A DNA stretch of 64,000 bases from Oscillospiraceae bacterium (GCA_016281125.1 JAEEIA010000060.1:83307-147306); one strand, 5' to 3'. Positions 36,240 to 45,631 are shown, numbered from the stretch's first letter. Translations and numbers: made by a program. The notes: generated from the sequence alone by a model not told the origin.

Positions 36240-37580
36240 ATGATCCAGCCGATTCTCGACCGTGATTTCGTCCCTGCGGTATATTTCAACCGCGATTTTC
36301 TCGCAAAAGCGACAAAGCCCTTCTCCATCGCCGTGGAGCGCGAGGACGGGCTCGTATACCGCCGCGATACCAAGCTCGGTGACAATAAGGAGGAAAACTG
36401 CCGCTATGCAGAGCGCCTGATCAAAACGATCCTGTGGTGCGCAGGCGGCTGGAAGGTCATGCTCGCCGGCGACCACGATGTGTTTGAATACATCCGCGAT
36501 GCCTACACGAAGGAAGGTCTGCGCGCATTTGACGTCGATTTCTGGAGCACGACCTATGAGCGTGATTTTGAGGTTGAGGAGCGCGATTTTGCGGATATGC
36601 CGGAAAATAAGGTGCGTCCGCTCCCGATCGGCAGAAATCTGAATGGCTGCCGCGTCGGCTTTGACGCAGGCGGATCGGATATGAAGGTCGCAGCGGTCGT
36701 CAACGGCGAAACAGTCTGGGCTGAGGAAATCGTCTGGCTGCCGAAGCTGGCAGAGGACATTGCCTATCACCATGAGCATATCAAGGCTGCGATTCTGAAA
36801 GCCGCGGAGCATATGCCGAGCTTTGACGCAGTCGGCGTCAGCACGGCAGGCGTTCTGGTTGCGAACCGCGCCATGGTTTCACACCTGTTCCTCAAGGTGC
36901 CGAAGGATACGCAGGGCGAAGCCTGCAAGAATGTGTATGTCGATGTGCTGGAGGAGCTCGGCGTCCCGTATGCCGTTGCCAATGACGGCGACGTTGCAGC
37001 GCTGGCAGCCTCTATGGCCATGGACGTCAACGGCGTGCTCGGCATCGCAATGGGTACCTCTGAGGCGGGCGGCTATATCGACGTTGAGGGGCATGTCACC
37101 GGCTGGCACAATGAGCTTGCCTTTGTTCCGGTGGACTACAATCCGGATTCGCCGGTCGATGAGTGGTCGGGCGACTACGGCTGCGGCGTCAAGTATTTCT
37201 CGCAGGATGCCGTCATCCGTCTGGCACCGAAAGCGGGCATCGAGCTCGACGAGAGCCTGACGCTGGCTGAAAAGCTGAAAGCCGTCCAGAAGATTCTGGA
37301 AACCGGCCATGAGGGCGCAAAGGATATCTACCGCACAATCGGCACCTATTTCGGCTATGCAATCGCAAATTACGCGGATTTCTACGACATCCGCTATCTC
37401 CAGATCTCCGGCCGCGTGACCTCCGGCCTCGGCGGTGATCTGATCATCGAAAAGGCAAAGGAAGTCCTCGAAAAGGAATTCCCGGAGCTGTATAAGAAGA
37501 TCGAATTCATCCTGCCGGACGAAATGGACCGCAGAGTCGGCCAGGCCGTTGCCGCGGCATCGCTCCCGGCGACGAAATAA
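36240..37580 (+). CDS. ROK/ASKHA-type sugar kinase-like protein with an extra N-terminal domain
   Basis: ORF 36192..37580. Start at MIQPILD. VGFDAGGSDMKVA and VANDGDVAALA motifs. Sits beside nagA. Confidence 0.6.
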   Translation: MIQPILDRDFVPAVYFNRDFLAKATKPFSIAVEREDGLVYRRDTKLGDNKEENCRYAERLIKTILWCAGGWKVMLAGDHDVFEYIRDAYTKEGLRAFDVDFWSTTYERDFEVEERDFADMPENKVRPLPIGRNLNGCRVGFDAGGSDMKVAAVVNGETVWAEEIVWLPKLAEDIAYHHEHIKAAILKAAEHMPSFDAVGVSTAGVLVANRAMVSHLFLKVPKDTQGEACKNVYVDVLEELGVPYAVANDGDVAALAASMAMDVNGVLGIAMGTSEAGGYIDVEGHVTGWHNELAFVPVDYNPDSPVDEWSGDYGCGVKYFSQDAVIRLAPKAGIELDESLTLAEKLKAVQKILETGHEGAKDIYRTIGTYFGYAIANYADFYDIRYLQISGRVTSGLGGDLIIEKAKEVLEKEFPELYKKIEFILPDEMDRRVGQAVAAASLPATK

Positions 37581-37582
37581 GC

Positions 37583-37666
37583 GGTATCGCTCCGCGATGA
37601 TTCTGAATGGGCTCCGCCCAAACCCGCCAAAGGGACTTGTCCCTTTGGAATCCCATTTTGAATGCC
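37583..37666 (+). repeat. GGTATC-end structured repeat, copy F
   Basis: GGTATCGCTCCGCGATGATTCTGAATGGGCTCCGCCCAAACCCGCCAAAGGGACTTGTCCCTTTGGAATCCCATTTTGAATGCC. It begins 2 nt after the stop. Confidence 0.8.
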
Positions 37667-37691
37667 GTCATAGTAAAAAAGGGGGATCGGA

Positions 37692-38270
37692 ATGAATTTT
37701 TCCGAGGAGATGAAAATGATGCTGCAAATACAGCAGCTTGCACTTCAGGAGCAAAAGAATGCAAGTCTGCGTGCAGCACAGGCTGACTATGATAAGTTGG
37801 TTCAAAAAATCCTTTCCATTCTGAAAGCTCAGATACGAAGCAACGTCAAAGAAGGTGCTTTTTCGCTTTCAATAGAAGGCGATTGCACGCTTCCGAATTC
37901 GCCGAATGTACAATGCAGTTCAATCCCTCAGACAGACGAACAATCTGAGCTGTATTCCTATCAAATGATTAACAATGACAGTTTCTTCTGCTGGTCTGAA
38001 ATTTTCTGCATTAAATATGACGGTAAGCGGCTTGCGAGTAAAAATGTCAGCGTTGAATTGACAGAAGCCAGGAAACGATTGCTGGAGGATTTGAAGAGAT
38101 GTGCCGCCGAAGACGGTATTCAGATTGAGTTCCAGCCCGTACTGGATACGCAGAACGGAAAAATTGTTCTTCCTAAATTCGGGAAATTTGAAAAAGTACC
38201 GGAACTCAAGCGAGGCAAAAAAGGCGTTTTGAACAGCCAGTATGTTAATATACATTACAAGCTGGTATAA
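37692..38270 (+). CDS. Orphan hypothetical protein (visibly AT-rich gene)
   Basis: 192 aa with no recognisable motif. Composition contrasts with both flanks. RBS GGGGGA lies upstream. Confidence 0.5.
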   Translation: MNFSEEMKMMLQIQQLALQEQKNASLRAAQADYDKLVQKILSILKAQIRSNVKEGAFSLSIEGDCTLPNSPNVQCSSIPQTDEQSELYSYQMINNDSFFCWSEIFCIKYDGKRLASKNVSVELTEARKRLLEDLKRCAAEDGIQIEFQPVLDTQNGKIVLPKFGKFEKVPELKRGKKGVLNSQYVNIHYKLV

Positions 38271-38305
38271 TGGATAGCTTATTTCATGAAGAAGGAGAAC
38301 CCGAT

Positions 38306-39367
38306 ATGATTCTGAAAAACCTGCTCTTTGAGGGCAAGCTGACCGACATCACGGTCGAAAACGGCAAGATCACCGCGATCGCACCGGCATCCGCAGACAC
38401 CGCCGGTGAGGACTGCACCGGACTTTCCGTGATCCCGGGTCTGGTCGATATGCACACGCACGGCTGCGTCGGCAAGGACACCATGGACGGCGAATTTGCG
38501 GAAATGAGCGCATTTCTTGCGGAAAACGGCACGACCTCGTGGCTCCCGACAACCATGACGCAGAGCTATGAGGCGATCAAAAAGGTCACCGAGGGCGACC
38601 GCAATGTCAAGGGTGCACAGATTCTCGGCTTCCATATGGAAGGCCCGTACATCAACGCGAAGAAAAAGGGCGCGCAGAACGGCAAGTACATCAAGAACCC
38701 CGATCTTGCGGAATTCAAATCGCTGGACGGCATGCGCGTCGTGACGATTGCGCCTGAGCTGGAAGGCTCCATGGAGTTCATCCGGGAATGCGGCGCACTG
38801 GTCTGCATCGGCCATACCGACGCGGATTATGACACCTGCATCAAGGCGATTGAGGCGGGCGCAAACTGCCTGACGCATACGTTCAATGCGATGCCGGGCA
38901 TTCACCACCGCGAGCCTGGCCCGATCCCGGCAGCTCTCACCAAAAACATCTACGTGCAGGCGATCACAGACGGTCTGCATCTGCATCCGGCAATCGTCAT
39001 GATGCTGTATAAAATGTTCGGCCCCGAGCGCATGGTCATCATCAGCGACGCAATGCGCGCAACCGGTCTGGGTGACGGCATCTATGAATTCGGCGGACAG
39101 GATATTGAGGTCAAAAACGGCGTTGCACGCACAATGGACGGCGCAATCGCAGGCTCCACCTCGACGCTCTGGCGCTGCGTCAAGCAGGCAGCCAGCTTCG
39201 GCATTCCGTTTGAGGATGCTGTCAGAATGGCAACCCGCACACCGGCCGATATGATCGGCGCACCGGAAAAGGGTCGCATTGAGGTCGGTGCGGACGCAGA
39301 TCTCGTGCTGCTCGACAAGGAACGCGAAATCGCAAAGGTCATGATCGCCGGTTCATTCTATAAGTAA
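38306..39367 (+). CDS. nagA: N-acetylglucosamine-6-phosphate deacetylase
   Basis: ORF 38270..39367. Start at MILKNL (RBS GAAGGAG). DMHTHG, the GxHxEGP pattern (GFHMEGPY) and the HTFNAM motif. Confidence 0.85.
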   Translation: MILKNLLFEGKLTDITVENGKITAIAPASADTAGEDCTGLSVIPGLVDMHTHGCVGKDTMDGEFAEMSAFLAENGTTSWLPTTMTQSYEAIKKVTEGDRNVKGAQILGFHMEGPYINAKKKGAQNGKYIKNPDLAEFKSLDGMRVVTIAPELEGSMEFIRECGALVCIGHTDADYDTCIKAIEAGANCLTHTFNAMPGIHHREPGPIPAALTKNIYVQAITDGLHLHPAIVMMLYKMFGPERMVIISDAMRATGLGDGIYEFGGQDIEVKNGVARTMDGAIAGSTSTLWRCVKQAASFGIPFEDAVRMATRTPADMIGAPEKGRIEVGADADLVLLDKEREIAKVMIAGSFYK

Positions 39368-39477
39368 AGTATCCGCGATGTATGCAGACGGAGGACTCTG
39401 CCCCGCCCCGTCCCGGTAAAACAATCCTGCCGGACAAGGGGCGGGCGGAGCCTCAGAGCCAATGCATCCGAGATATT
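39368..39477 (+). repeat. GGTATC-end structured repeat, copy I (divergent, both termini present)
   Basis: AGTATCCGCGATGTATG...long GC hairpin CTCTGCCCCGCCCCGTCC/GGACAAGGGGCGGGCGGAG...CAATGCATCCGAGATAT. It fills the nagA-ddl spacer. Confidence 0.6.
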
Positions 39478-39505
39478 TCAAAATACTGAAAAGAGGTAAT
39501 TTTTC

Positions 39506-40564
39506 ATGCAGACAGTTCTGGTACTGTTTGGCGGCGTTTCGCCGGAGCACGCAGTTTCGCTGGTTTCGGCAGAGGCAGTTCTTCGCAATCTGAACAAGGA
39601 AAACCGCAGAATCCTGCCGGTCGGCATTACACTGACCGGTAAGTGGATGCTGTTCGGCGGGGACAATTATGCTGATATTGCGGCAGATAAATGGGAACAG
39701 AATCCCGCGAACCGCACGGCGTTTCTTTCGCCGGAGCGCGGCGCGGGTCTTTGTATTTTGCAGGAAAGCGGCATCGAAACCGTCCCGGTTGACGTGATCT
39801 TCCCCGTCCTGCACGGCGAAAACGGCGAGGACGGTTCGATTCAGGGGCTGTTCCAGCTCTCCGGCATCCCGTATGTCGGCTGCCACGTCTGCGCGGCGGC
39901 GGCGTCCATGGACAAATCCGTCACCAAGCTGATCGCGGCGACAACGGGCGTCCGGCAGGCAGACTGGCTGACGCTGCACCGTGCCGATTTCCGGGCGGAT
40001 CCCGCTGCGATGTGTACGCAGATCATGGAGAAAATTGCCTTCCCGGTCTTCATCAAGCCGTGCAGCACCGGCTCGTCGGTCGGCGTGTCCAAGGTCAAGT
40101 CCGAGGCAGATCTGCTGCCCGCACTGGAAACCGCGTTCAAATACGACAAAAAGATTCTCGCGGAGGAGTTTATCAACGGCCGCGAGATTGAAGTCGCCGT
40201 ACTCGGCAACGATGCGCCGAAGGCGGCAACTGCCGGTGAAATTGACGCAGGTGCGGAGTTTTACGATTACGAAACAAAATACGTCACCTCAACCTCACAG
40301 GCATTCATTCCGGCGCGCATCAGCGAGGCGCTGAATGCTGAGGTGCGCACATGGGCGGTCAAAATCTTCACAGCGCTCGGCTGCGCCGGACTGTCCCGCG
40401 TGGACTTCTTTGTGACGCGTGACACAAACGAGATCGTGTTCAACGAGATCAACACTTTGCCCGGTTTTACGCCGATTTCGATGTATCCGAAGATGTGGGC
40501 CGCCGACGGTATTCCGTTTGTGGAGCTGCTCGATCGTGTCATCAATCTGGCGCTGGAGGCATAA
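39506..40564 (+). CDS. ddl: D-alanine--D-alanine ligase
   Basis: 352 aa. FPVLHGENGEDGSIQG and the ATP-grasp C-terminus NEINTLPGFT. Confidence 0.9.
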   Translation: MQTVLVLFGGVSPEHAVSLVSAEAVLRNLNKENRRILPVGITLTGKWMLFGGDNYADIAADKWEQNPANRTAFLSPERGAGLCILQESGIETVPVDVIFPVLHGENGEDGSIQGLFQLSGIPYVGCHVCAAAASMDKSVTKLIAATTGVRQADWLTLHRADFRADPAAMCTQIMEKIAFPVFIKPCSTGSSVGVSKVKSEADLLPALETAFKYDKKILAEEFINGREIEVAVLGNDAPKAATAGEIDAGAEFYDYETKYVTSTSQAFIPARISEALNAEVRTWAVKIFTALGCAGLSRVDFFVTRDTNEIVFNEINTLPGFTPISMYPKMWAADGIPFVELLDRVINLALEA

Positions 40565-40565
40565 C

Positions 40566-41987
40566 ATGGGACTGCTCAGCGAAAAGCCGGATCTCCGGAT
40601 GCAGGCATCTGACATTGCGGCGGCGCTCGACGCCGAACTGCAAAACTGCGCAGATGCGTCATTTTCTGTCGCAGGATTCAGTACGGATACCCGCACGATC
40701 ACGCAGGGCAACTGCTTTCTTGCGCTGAAGGGCGAGAACTTCAACGGCAATCTCTATGCGAAGCAGGCTGCCGAAAAGGGCGCTGTTCTGTGCATTTTAT
40801 CGGAAACGCCCACGGAGGATCCGACCGTCCCGTACATCGTCGTGCCGGATACGGTCAAGGCCTACGGCATGCTTGCGCATACGGTTCAGCTCCGGCGGAA
40901 AGCGCAGGGACTGCGTGTGATCGGCGTAACCGGCAGCAGCGGCAAGACCACGGTCAAGGATATGACCGCGCATGTACTTGCTGCAAAATACAACACTTTT
41001 GCAACATCAGGCAACCACAACAATCACATCGGCGTGCCGTATACAATTCTGCACATGCCGGATGAAACAGAAGTCGCCGTCATTGAAATGGGCATGAATC
41101 ATGCCGGTGAGATCGATTATCTGACACATATTGCGGAGCCGGATGCTGCGGTCATCACGAACATCGGTACAGCGCATATCGGCAATCTCGGCTCGCAGGA
41201 GAACATCCTCAAAGCCAAGCTGGAAATCCTGAACGGGATGCACGGTGGTGATCTGATCGTTCCGGCAGACGATCCGCTGCTGCTTTCACAGGCGGATGCG
41301 CTCGCTGACCGCGTCACGCTTCGGTACAGCTCCCGCCTCGGCAATCCGGCCGCAGAGCTGACCGCCTCGGATATTTCCGAAAACGCTGAATCCACGAGCT
41401 TTTCCGTGCATTATCAGAACGAAGCGGCAGCGGTCGTTCTGCCGATGACCGGCATCCACAATGTCACGGATGCACAGCTTGCAATCCATGCCGGACTGCT
41501 CTGCGGCATGACGCTCCGCGAGGCTGCGGACGCACTGGCGGACTTTGTGCCCGGCGCGATGCGCTCGGAGCGCGTGCAGATCGGCAATGCCGCCGTCATC
41601 CGCGATTTCTATAACGCAAACCCGGAGGCCATGGCTGCCGCACTGAACGGAATGCAGACGATTGCCGGAAATGCAAAGAAAATTGCGGTGCTCGGTAATA
41701 TGAACGAGCTCGGCGCATTTGCCGCTGACCGCCACAAAGAGCTCGGCAGGCTTTGCCGTGCGCTGACGGATGCTGCATTCTTCTGCGGCGATAATTATAA
41801 GGATTTTGCGGAAGGCTACGGCAGCTCCGAATCTGCATTCGCTGAACAGGATGCGCTGATCGAAGCGCTGAAAGCATTTGCGTCAGCACAGGGCGACGCG
41901 CCCTGCTGCTACCTGATCAAGGGCTCGCGCGGGCTGCATATGGAGCGCGCGGATGAGGCTCTGGAATCGCTGCTGCGCGGCGCATGA
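40566..41987 (+). CDS. murF: UDP-MurNAc-tripeptide--D-Ala-D-Ala ligase
   Basis: ORF 40419..41987. Start chosen at the ATG at 40566 (MGLLSEK), directly after the ddl stop. GVTGSSGKTT P-loop. Confidence 0.85.
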   Translation: MGLLSEKPDLRMQASDIAAALDAELQNCADASFSVAGFSTDTRTITQGNCFLALKGENFNGNLYAKQAAEKGAVLCILSETPTEDPTVPYIVVPDTVKAYGMLAHTVQLRRKAQGLRVIGVTGSSGKTTVKDMTAHVLAAKYNTFATSGNHNNHIGVPYTILHMPDETEVAVIEMGMNHAGEIDYLTHIAEPDAAVITNIGTAHIGNLGSQENILKAKLEILNGMHGGDLIVPADDPLLLSQADALADRVTLRYSSRLGNPAAELTASDISENAESTSFSVHYQNEAAAVVLPMTGIHNVTDAQLAIHAGLLCGMTLREAADALADFVPGAMRSERVQIGNAAVIRDFYNANPEAMAAALNGMQTIAGNAKKIAVLGNMNELGAFAADRHKELGRLCRALTDAAFFCGDNYKDFAEGYGSSESAFAEQDALIEALKAFASAQGDAPCCYLIKGSRGLHMERADEALESLLRGA

Positions 41988-42011
41988 GCTGCGCGGGAAA
42001 AGGAAGGCAAC

Positions 42012-42647
42012 ATGAAACTGGAATACGAACACGCGGCGCTTGAGGCGGTGCTGTTTGCCGCCGGTGAGCCCATGGAAACCGACCGTCTGGCAGAAGCGCT
42101 GGGAATGGAACCGGACGCCGTGCGCACATCTGCGGCGGCGCTCGCTGCGCATCTGGACGAAACCGGCAGTGCCTTGCAGCTGCTCGCGCTCGGTGACAGC
42201 TGGCAGCTGGCGACCCGCGCCGAATATGCGGAGGAGATCCGCGCGGCGCTGGAGGTCAAGCGCAACACGCCGCTTTCCAACGCGGCCATGGAGGCGCTGA
42301 CGATCATCGCATACAACCAACCCGTGACAAAGGGCTTTGTCGAGCGCGTGCGCGGCGTGGACAGCGGTTCCGTCGTGAACACGCTGGTCGAGCGCGGACT
42401 GCTGGAGGAGGCCGGACGCATCGAGGTTCCCGGCAGACCGGTCACCTACCGCACGACCGCGCATTTTCTGCGGACATTCGGCTTGCAGTCGCTGGCCGAG
42501 CTGCCGCCGCTCCCGACGAGCGGAGAGCCGGATCTGTTTGCGATTCAGACCGGCGACGAGGATATGCTGCCGGAGGAGGATGCGGAAATCCCCGCAGAGC
42601 TCGATAACCTTGAAACGATTGAATCTGCGGAGGATGCCGCAGAATAA
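42012..42647 (+). CDS. scpB: SMC-Scp complex subunit ScpB
   Basis: 211 aa. LEAVLFAAGEP, LSNAAMEALTIIAYNQPVT and GRPVTYRTT motifs. Confidence 0.85.
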   Translation: MKLEYEHAALEAVLFAAGEPMETDRLAEALGMEPDAVRTSAAALAAHLDETGSALQLLALGDSWQLATRAEYAEEIRAALEVKRNTPLSNAAMEALTIIAYNQPVTKGFVERVRGVDSGSVVNTLVERGLLEEAGRIEVPGRPVTYRTTAHFLRTFGLQSLAELPPLPTSGEPDLFAIQTGDEDMLPEEDAEIPAELDNLETIESAEDAAE

Positions 42648-42680
42648 TTCTGCACAATATCACACAGAGGAGGCTTCATC

Positions 42681-43847
42681 ATGGCAAAACGTGTCTTTCT
42701 GATTGTGCTGGACAGCTTCGGCTGCGGCGCGCTGCCGGACGCGGACAGATTCGGGGATGCGGGGACGCATACGCTGCGCTCCTGCTTCGATTCCGGCAAT
42801 TTGTATGTCCCGAATCTGGCGAAAATGGGGCTGTTCAATATTGACGGCGTCGGCTGCGGCACACCGGCTGACGCACCGTCCGCCGCATACGGCAAATGCG
42901 CCGAGCGCTCCGCCGGAAAGGATACCTCGACCGGTCACTGGGAGATTGCCGGACTGATTTCGACCGTCCCGATGAAGACCTATCCGGAGGGCTTTCCGCA
43001 GGAGGTGCTCGACCGTCTGCGCGCGGCGACCGGCAGGGAAATTCTCTGCAATCTGCCGTATTCCGGCACCGAGGTCATCAGGGATTACGGTCAGGAGCAC
43101 ATGAAAACCGGCGCACTGATCGTCTATACCTCTGCGGACAGCGTGCTGCAAATTGCTGCGCACGAGGACGTTATTCCCGTGCCGGAGCTGTACAAAATCT
43201 GCGAAAAAGCACGCGAAATCATGCAGGGCGAATACGCGGTCGGGCGGATTATCGCACGGCCGTTTGTCGGGGAATATCCGAATTTTACGCGCACTGCAAA
43301 CCGGCATGACTACTCCGTTTCCCCGTTTGCACCGACGATGCTCGATCATATCATCAAGGCGGGCAAGCAAGTATTTTCCGTCGGCAAAATCCGCGATATT
43401 TTCAACGGACAGGGCATTTCCGAGGGCTTCCGCACCGTGTCCAATGACGACGGCATGGGCAAGACGCTCCGGCTGACTGTGTGCGATTTTGAGGGGCTGT
43501 GCTTTGTCAATCTCGTGGAGTTTGACAGCGCCTACGGCCACCGCCGCGACATCGCAGGTTATACGCAGGCACTGAACACATTTGATGCGCAGCTCGGCGC
43601 GCTGCTGCCGCAGCTGAATGACGATGACCTGCTGATTCTGACCGCAGACCACGGCTGTGACCCGGCCGCGCACGGCACGGATCACACGCGCGAATATATC
43701 CCGGTGCTCGTGTGGGGCAAGTCCGTGAAGCCGGTGAATCTCGGCATCCGGACAGGCTTTTCCGACATCGGGCAGACCGTCTGCGAGGCGCTGGGCGTAC
43801 CGGCGGACGGGCTCGCAGGAACGGGCTTCCTTTCTGCACTTTTCTAA
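42681..43847 (+). CDS. deoB: Phosphopentomutase
   Basis: 388 aa. RVFLIVLDSFGCG...FGDAGTHTL and ADHGCDP motifs. Confidence 0.9.
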   Translation: MAKRVFLIVLDSFGCGALPDADRFGDAGTHTLRSCFDSGNLYVPNLAKMGLFNIDGVGCGTPADAPSAAYGKCAERSAGKDTSTGHWEIAGLISTVPMKTYPEGFPQEVLDRLRAATGREILCNLPYSGTEVIRDYGQEHMKTGALIVYTSADSVLQIAAHEDVIPVPELYKICEKAREIMQGEYAVGRIIARPFVGEYPNFTRTANRHDYSVSPFAPTMLDHIIKAGKQVFSVGKIRDIFNGQGISEGFRTVSNDDGMGKTLRLTVCDFEGLCFVNLVEFDSAYGHRRDIAGYTQALNTFDAQLGALLPQLNDDDLLILTADHGCDPAAHGTDHTREYIPVLVWGKSVKPVNLGIRTGFSDIGQTVCEALGVPADGLAGTGFLSALF

Positions 43848-43878
43848 GCCATATTCCGGCTTAGTCTGATGAGAAAGC

Positions 43879-43937
43879 GGTATCTCCGATGGATTCAAAA
43901 TAGGGCAGCGCTCCGTGATCAATCCATCGGAGATACC
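43879..43937. repeat. GGTATC-end repeat, copy A: two termini in inverted orientation (minimal form)
   Basis: GGTATCTCCGATGGATT (43879-43895) and its exact complement AATCCATCGGAGATACC (43921-43937), separated by 25 nt. Confidence 0.85.
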
Positions 43938-43953
43938 TAATTACGAGGTTTCT

Positions 43954-44460
43954 ATGAAAAAACAGTTTCTTGAGATCGGCAAGATCGTCAACATTCACGG
44001 GCTCGGCGGCGTGGTCAAGATCATGCCGTGGTGCGACAGCGCAGAATTCCTCTGCGAATTTGAAACGCTCTACCGCGGCAAGCAGCATATCCCCATGGAG
44101 ATTGAGCGCGCATCCGTCCAGAAGAATATGGCGCTGGTCAAGTTCAAAGGCGTTGATACGCCGGACGCGGCCAATGCCCTGCGCAACGCGATCCTTTATA
44201 TGGATCGCAATGACGTTGAGCTGGACGACGACACCTTCTTTATTCAGGATTTGCAGGGCATGCAGGTCGTTGATGCCGATTCCGGGCAGGTTTACGGCGT
44301 GCTGAAGGACGTGCTCCAGACCGGCGCCAACGATGTCTACGAAGTCGAAGCACCGGATGGGCGTTCGCTGCTGGTACCGGTGATCCCGCAGGTCGTCTGC
44401 AACGTTGATTTTGAACACGAACGCATTGAGATCCGTCCGCTGGAGGGGCTGTTTGACTGA
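43954..44460 (+). CDS. rimM: 16S rRNA processing protein RimM
   Basis: ORF 43915..44460. Start at MKKQFLEIGKIVNIHGLGG. PRC-barrel C-terminus. Confidence 0.85.
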   Translation: MKKQFLEIGKIVNIHGLGGVVKIMPWCDSAEFLCEFETLYRGKQHIPMEIERASVQKNMALVKFKGVDTPDAANALRNAILYMDRNDVELDDDTFFIQDLQGMQVVDADSGQVYGVLKDVLQTGANDVYEVEAPDGRSLLVPVIPQVVCNVDFEHERIEIRPLEGLFD

Positions 44461-45155
44461 TGCTGATTGAGATTGCAACGCTGTTTCCGGAAATGTGTGA
44501 AGCGGTGCTCTCCGCGAGCATTCTCGGGCGTGCGCGCGCAAAGGGCGCAATCACCGTCCGCTGCCACCAGATCCGCGACTACACCACGGATAAACACAAC
44601 CGCGTGGACGATTCGCCGTTCGGCGGCGGCATGGGCATGGTTATGCAGGCACAGCCGGTCTTTGACTGCTGGAATGCGGTCAAAGCGCAGTCCGATCTGC
44701 CCATGCATACGGTCTATCTCTCCCCGAAGGGCAGAACGCTGACGCAGCAACGCGTCCGCGAGCTGGCGGAAATGCCGCGGCTGTTCCTGCTCTGCGGCCA
44801 TTACGAGGGCATTGACCAGCGCGTGCTGGATCGCATTGTAGATGAGGAAATCTCAATCGGGGATTATGTCGTGACCGGCGGCGAGCTGCCCGCACTCGTG
44901 CTGACGGATGCCGTCGCGCGCATGTGCGAGGACGTGCTCCCCTCTCCGGATGCCTACATTGAGGAAAGTCACTTCAACGGGCTTCTGGAATACCCACAGT
45001 ATACCCGCCCGGAAACCTGGGAGGGCGAAACTGTCCCCTCTGTGCTTTTGAGCGGTCATCACAAAAATATTGCCGCATGGCGTGCAGAGCAAAGTCAGGA
45101 AATTACCAAAGCGCGGCGGCCGGACCTCTGGGAAAAGTGGATCGCGTCAAAATAA
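44460..45155 (+). CDS. trmD: tRNA (guanine37-N1)-methyltransferase
   Basis: 231 aa. DDSPFGGGMGMVM and GHYEGIDQRV motifs. Confidence 0.9.
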   Translation: MLIEIATLFPEMCEAVLSASILGRARAKGAITVRCHQIRDYTTDKHNRVDDSPFGGGMGMVMQAQPVFDCWNAVKAQSDLPMHTVYLSPKGRTLTQQRVRELAEMPRLFLLCGHYEGIDQRVLDRIVDEEISIGDYVVTGGELPALVLTDAVARMCEDVLPSPDAYIEESHFNGLLEYPQYTRPETWEGETVPSVLLSGHHKNIAAWRAEQSQEITKARRPDLWEKWIASK

Positions 45156-45339
45156 GGGCTTCTGTTGTGACATTCAACAAAATGTTTTGTTGAAAACTAG
45201 GCATCTAAACAAAGGCTTTCAACACATTTTCAACAAACTGCTTTCGTGAATATGCCCAAACCAAGCGCGCCCCGCTTCTCCCGAATGTAGCATAGGGGAG
45301 AATTTTGCCTGTCGGCACTGGTTTTGTGTAGAAAAGACA

Positions 45340-45368
45340 TTGACGAAACGGAAAAAATTCAGTATAAT
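45340..45368 (+). promoter_or_regulatory. Sigma-A promoter giving a ~260-nt leader before ptsH
   Basis: TTGACG (45340-45345), 17-nt spacer, TATAAT (45363-45368). Confidence 0.5.
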
Positions 45369-45631
45369 GATAGCGTGGTTCCGTAAAAAGCGGAAGCTGC
45401 CGGGATTTGAAACGAATGTTCGGCGTTTTACGGTGGGTATATTTTGGAAGGGGTTTACAGAATGTATTTGCATGGCTGGTCAGGCAGAATCGTGCACACA
45501 GCCGTACCGCGCTCTTAAAATTGCAGCTTGCGTCCTAAGCGAATTCACATCCGCACTTTGCGGCGCAGGACGGAACACATATCCGATTGTTCGCAATTTG
45601 GGTTACGAAATCTTAAAGGAGAGAAAAGTTT

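Noticed and set aside
40419-40565. N-terminal extension of murF overlapping ddl by ~145 nt. Similar upstream extensions occur at 43915 (rimM), 47396 (spo0A), 51403 (permease), 55367, 56188, 59640, 61024 and 61457.
   Set aside because: The extensions overlap upstream genes or promoters and lack RBSs. Internal ATGs with good Shine-Dalgarno sequences give N-termini that match the family.
42660-43922. 420-aa minus-strand ORF beginning MITERCPILNPSEIPL. The recurrent peptide fragments NPSEIP and SxGDTAF appear in several ORFs.
   Set aside because: It is antisense to deoB. The recurring peptide strings are simply translations of the GGTATCTCCGATGGATT repeat in different ORF-track entries, not a protein motif.
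45575-45610. RAT-like antiterminator (BglG/LicT target) in the ptsH leader (CCGATTGTTCGCAATTTGGGTTACG).
   Set aside because: Only the GATTGTT core resembles RAT consensus sequences I recall. No overlapping terminator follows, and no PRD-antiterminator gene is nearby.
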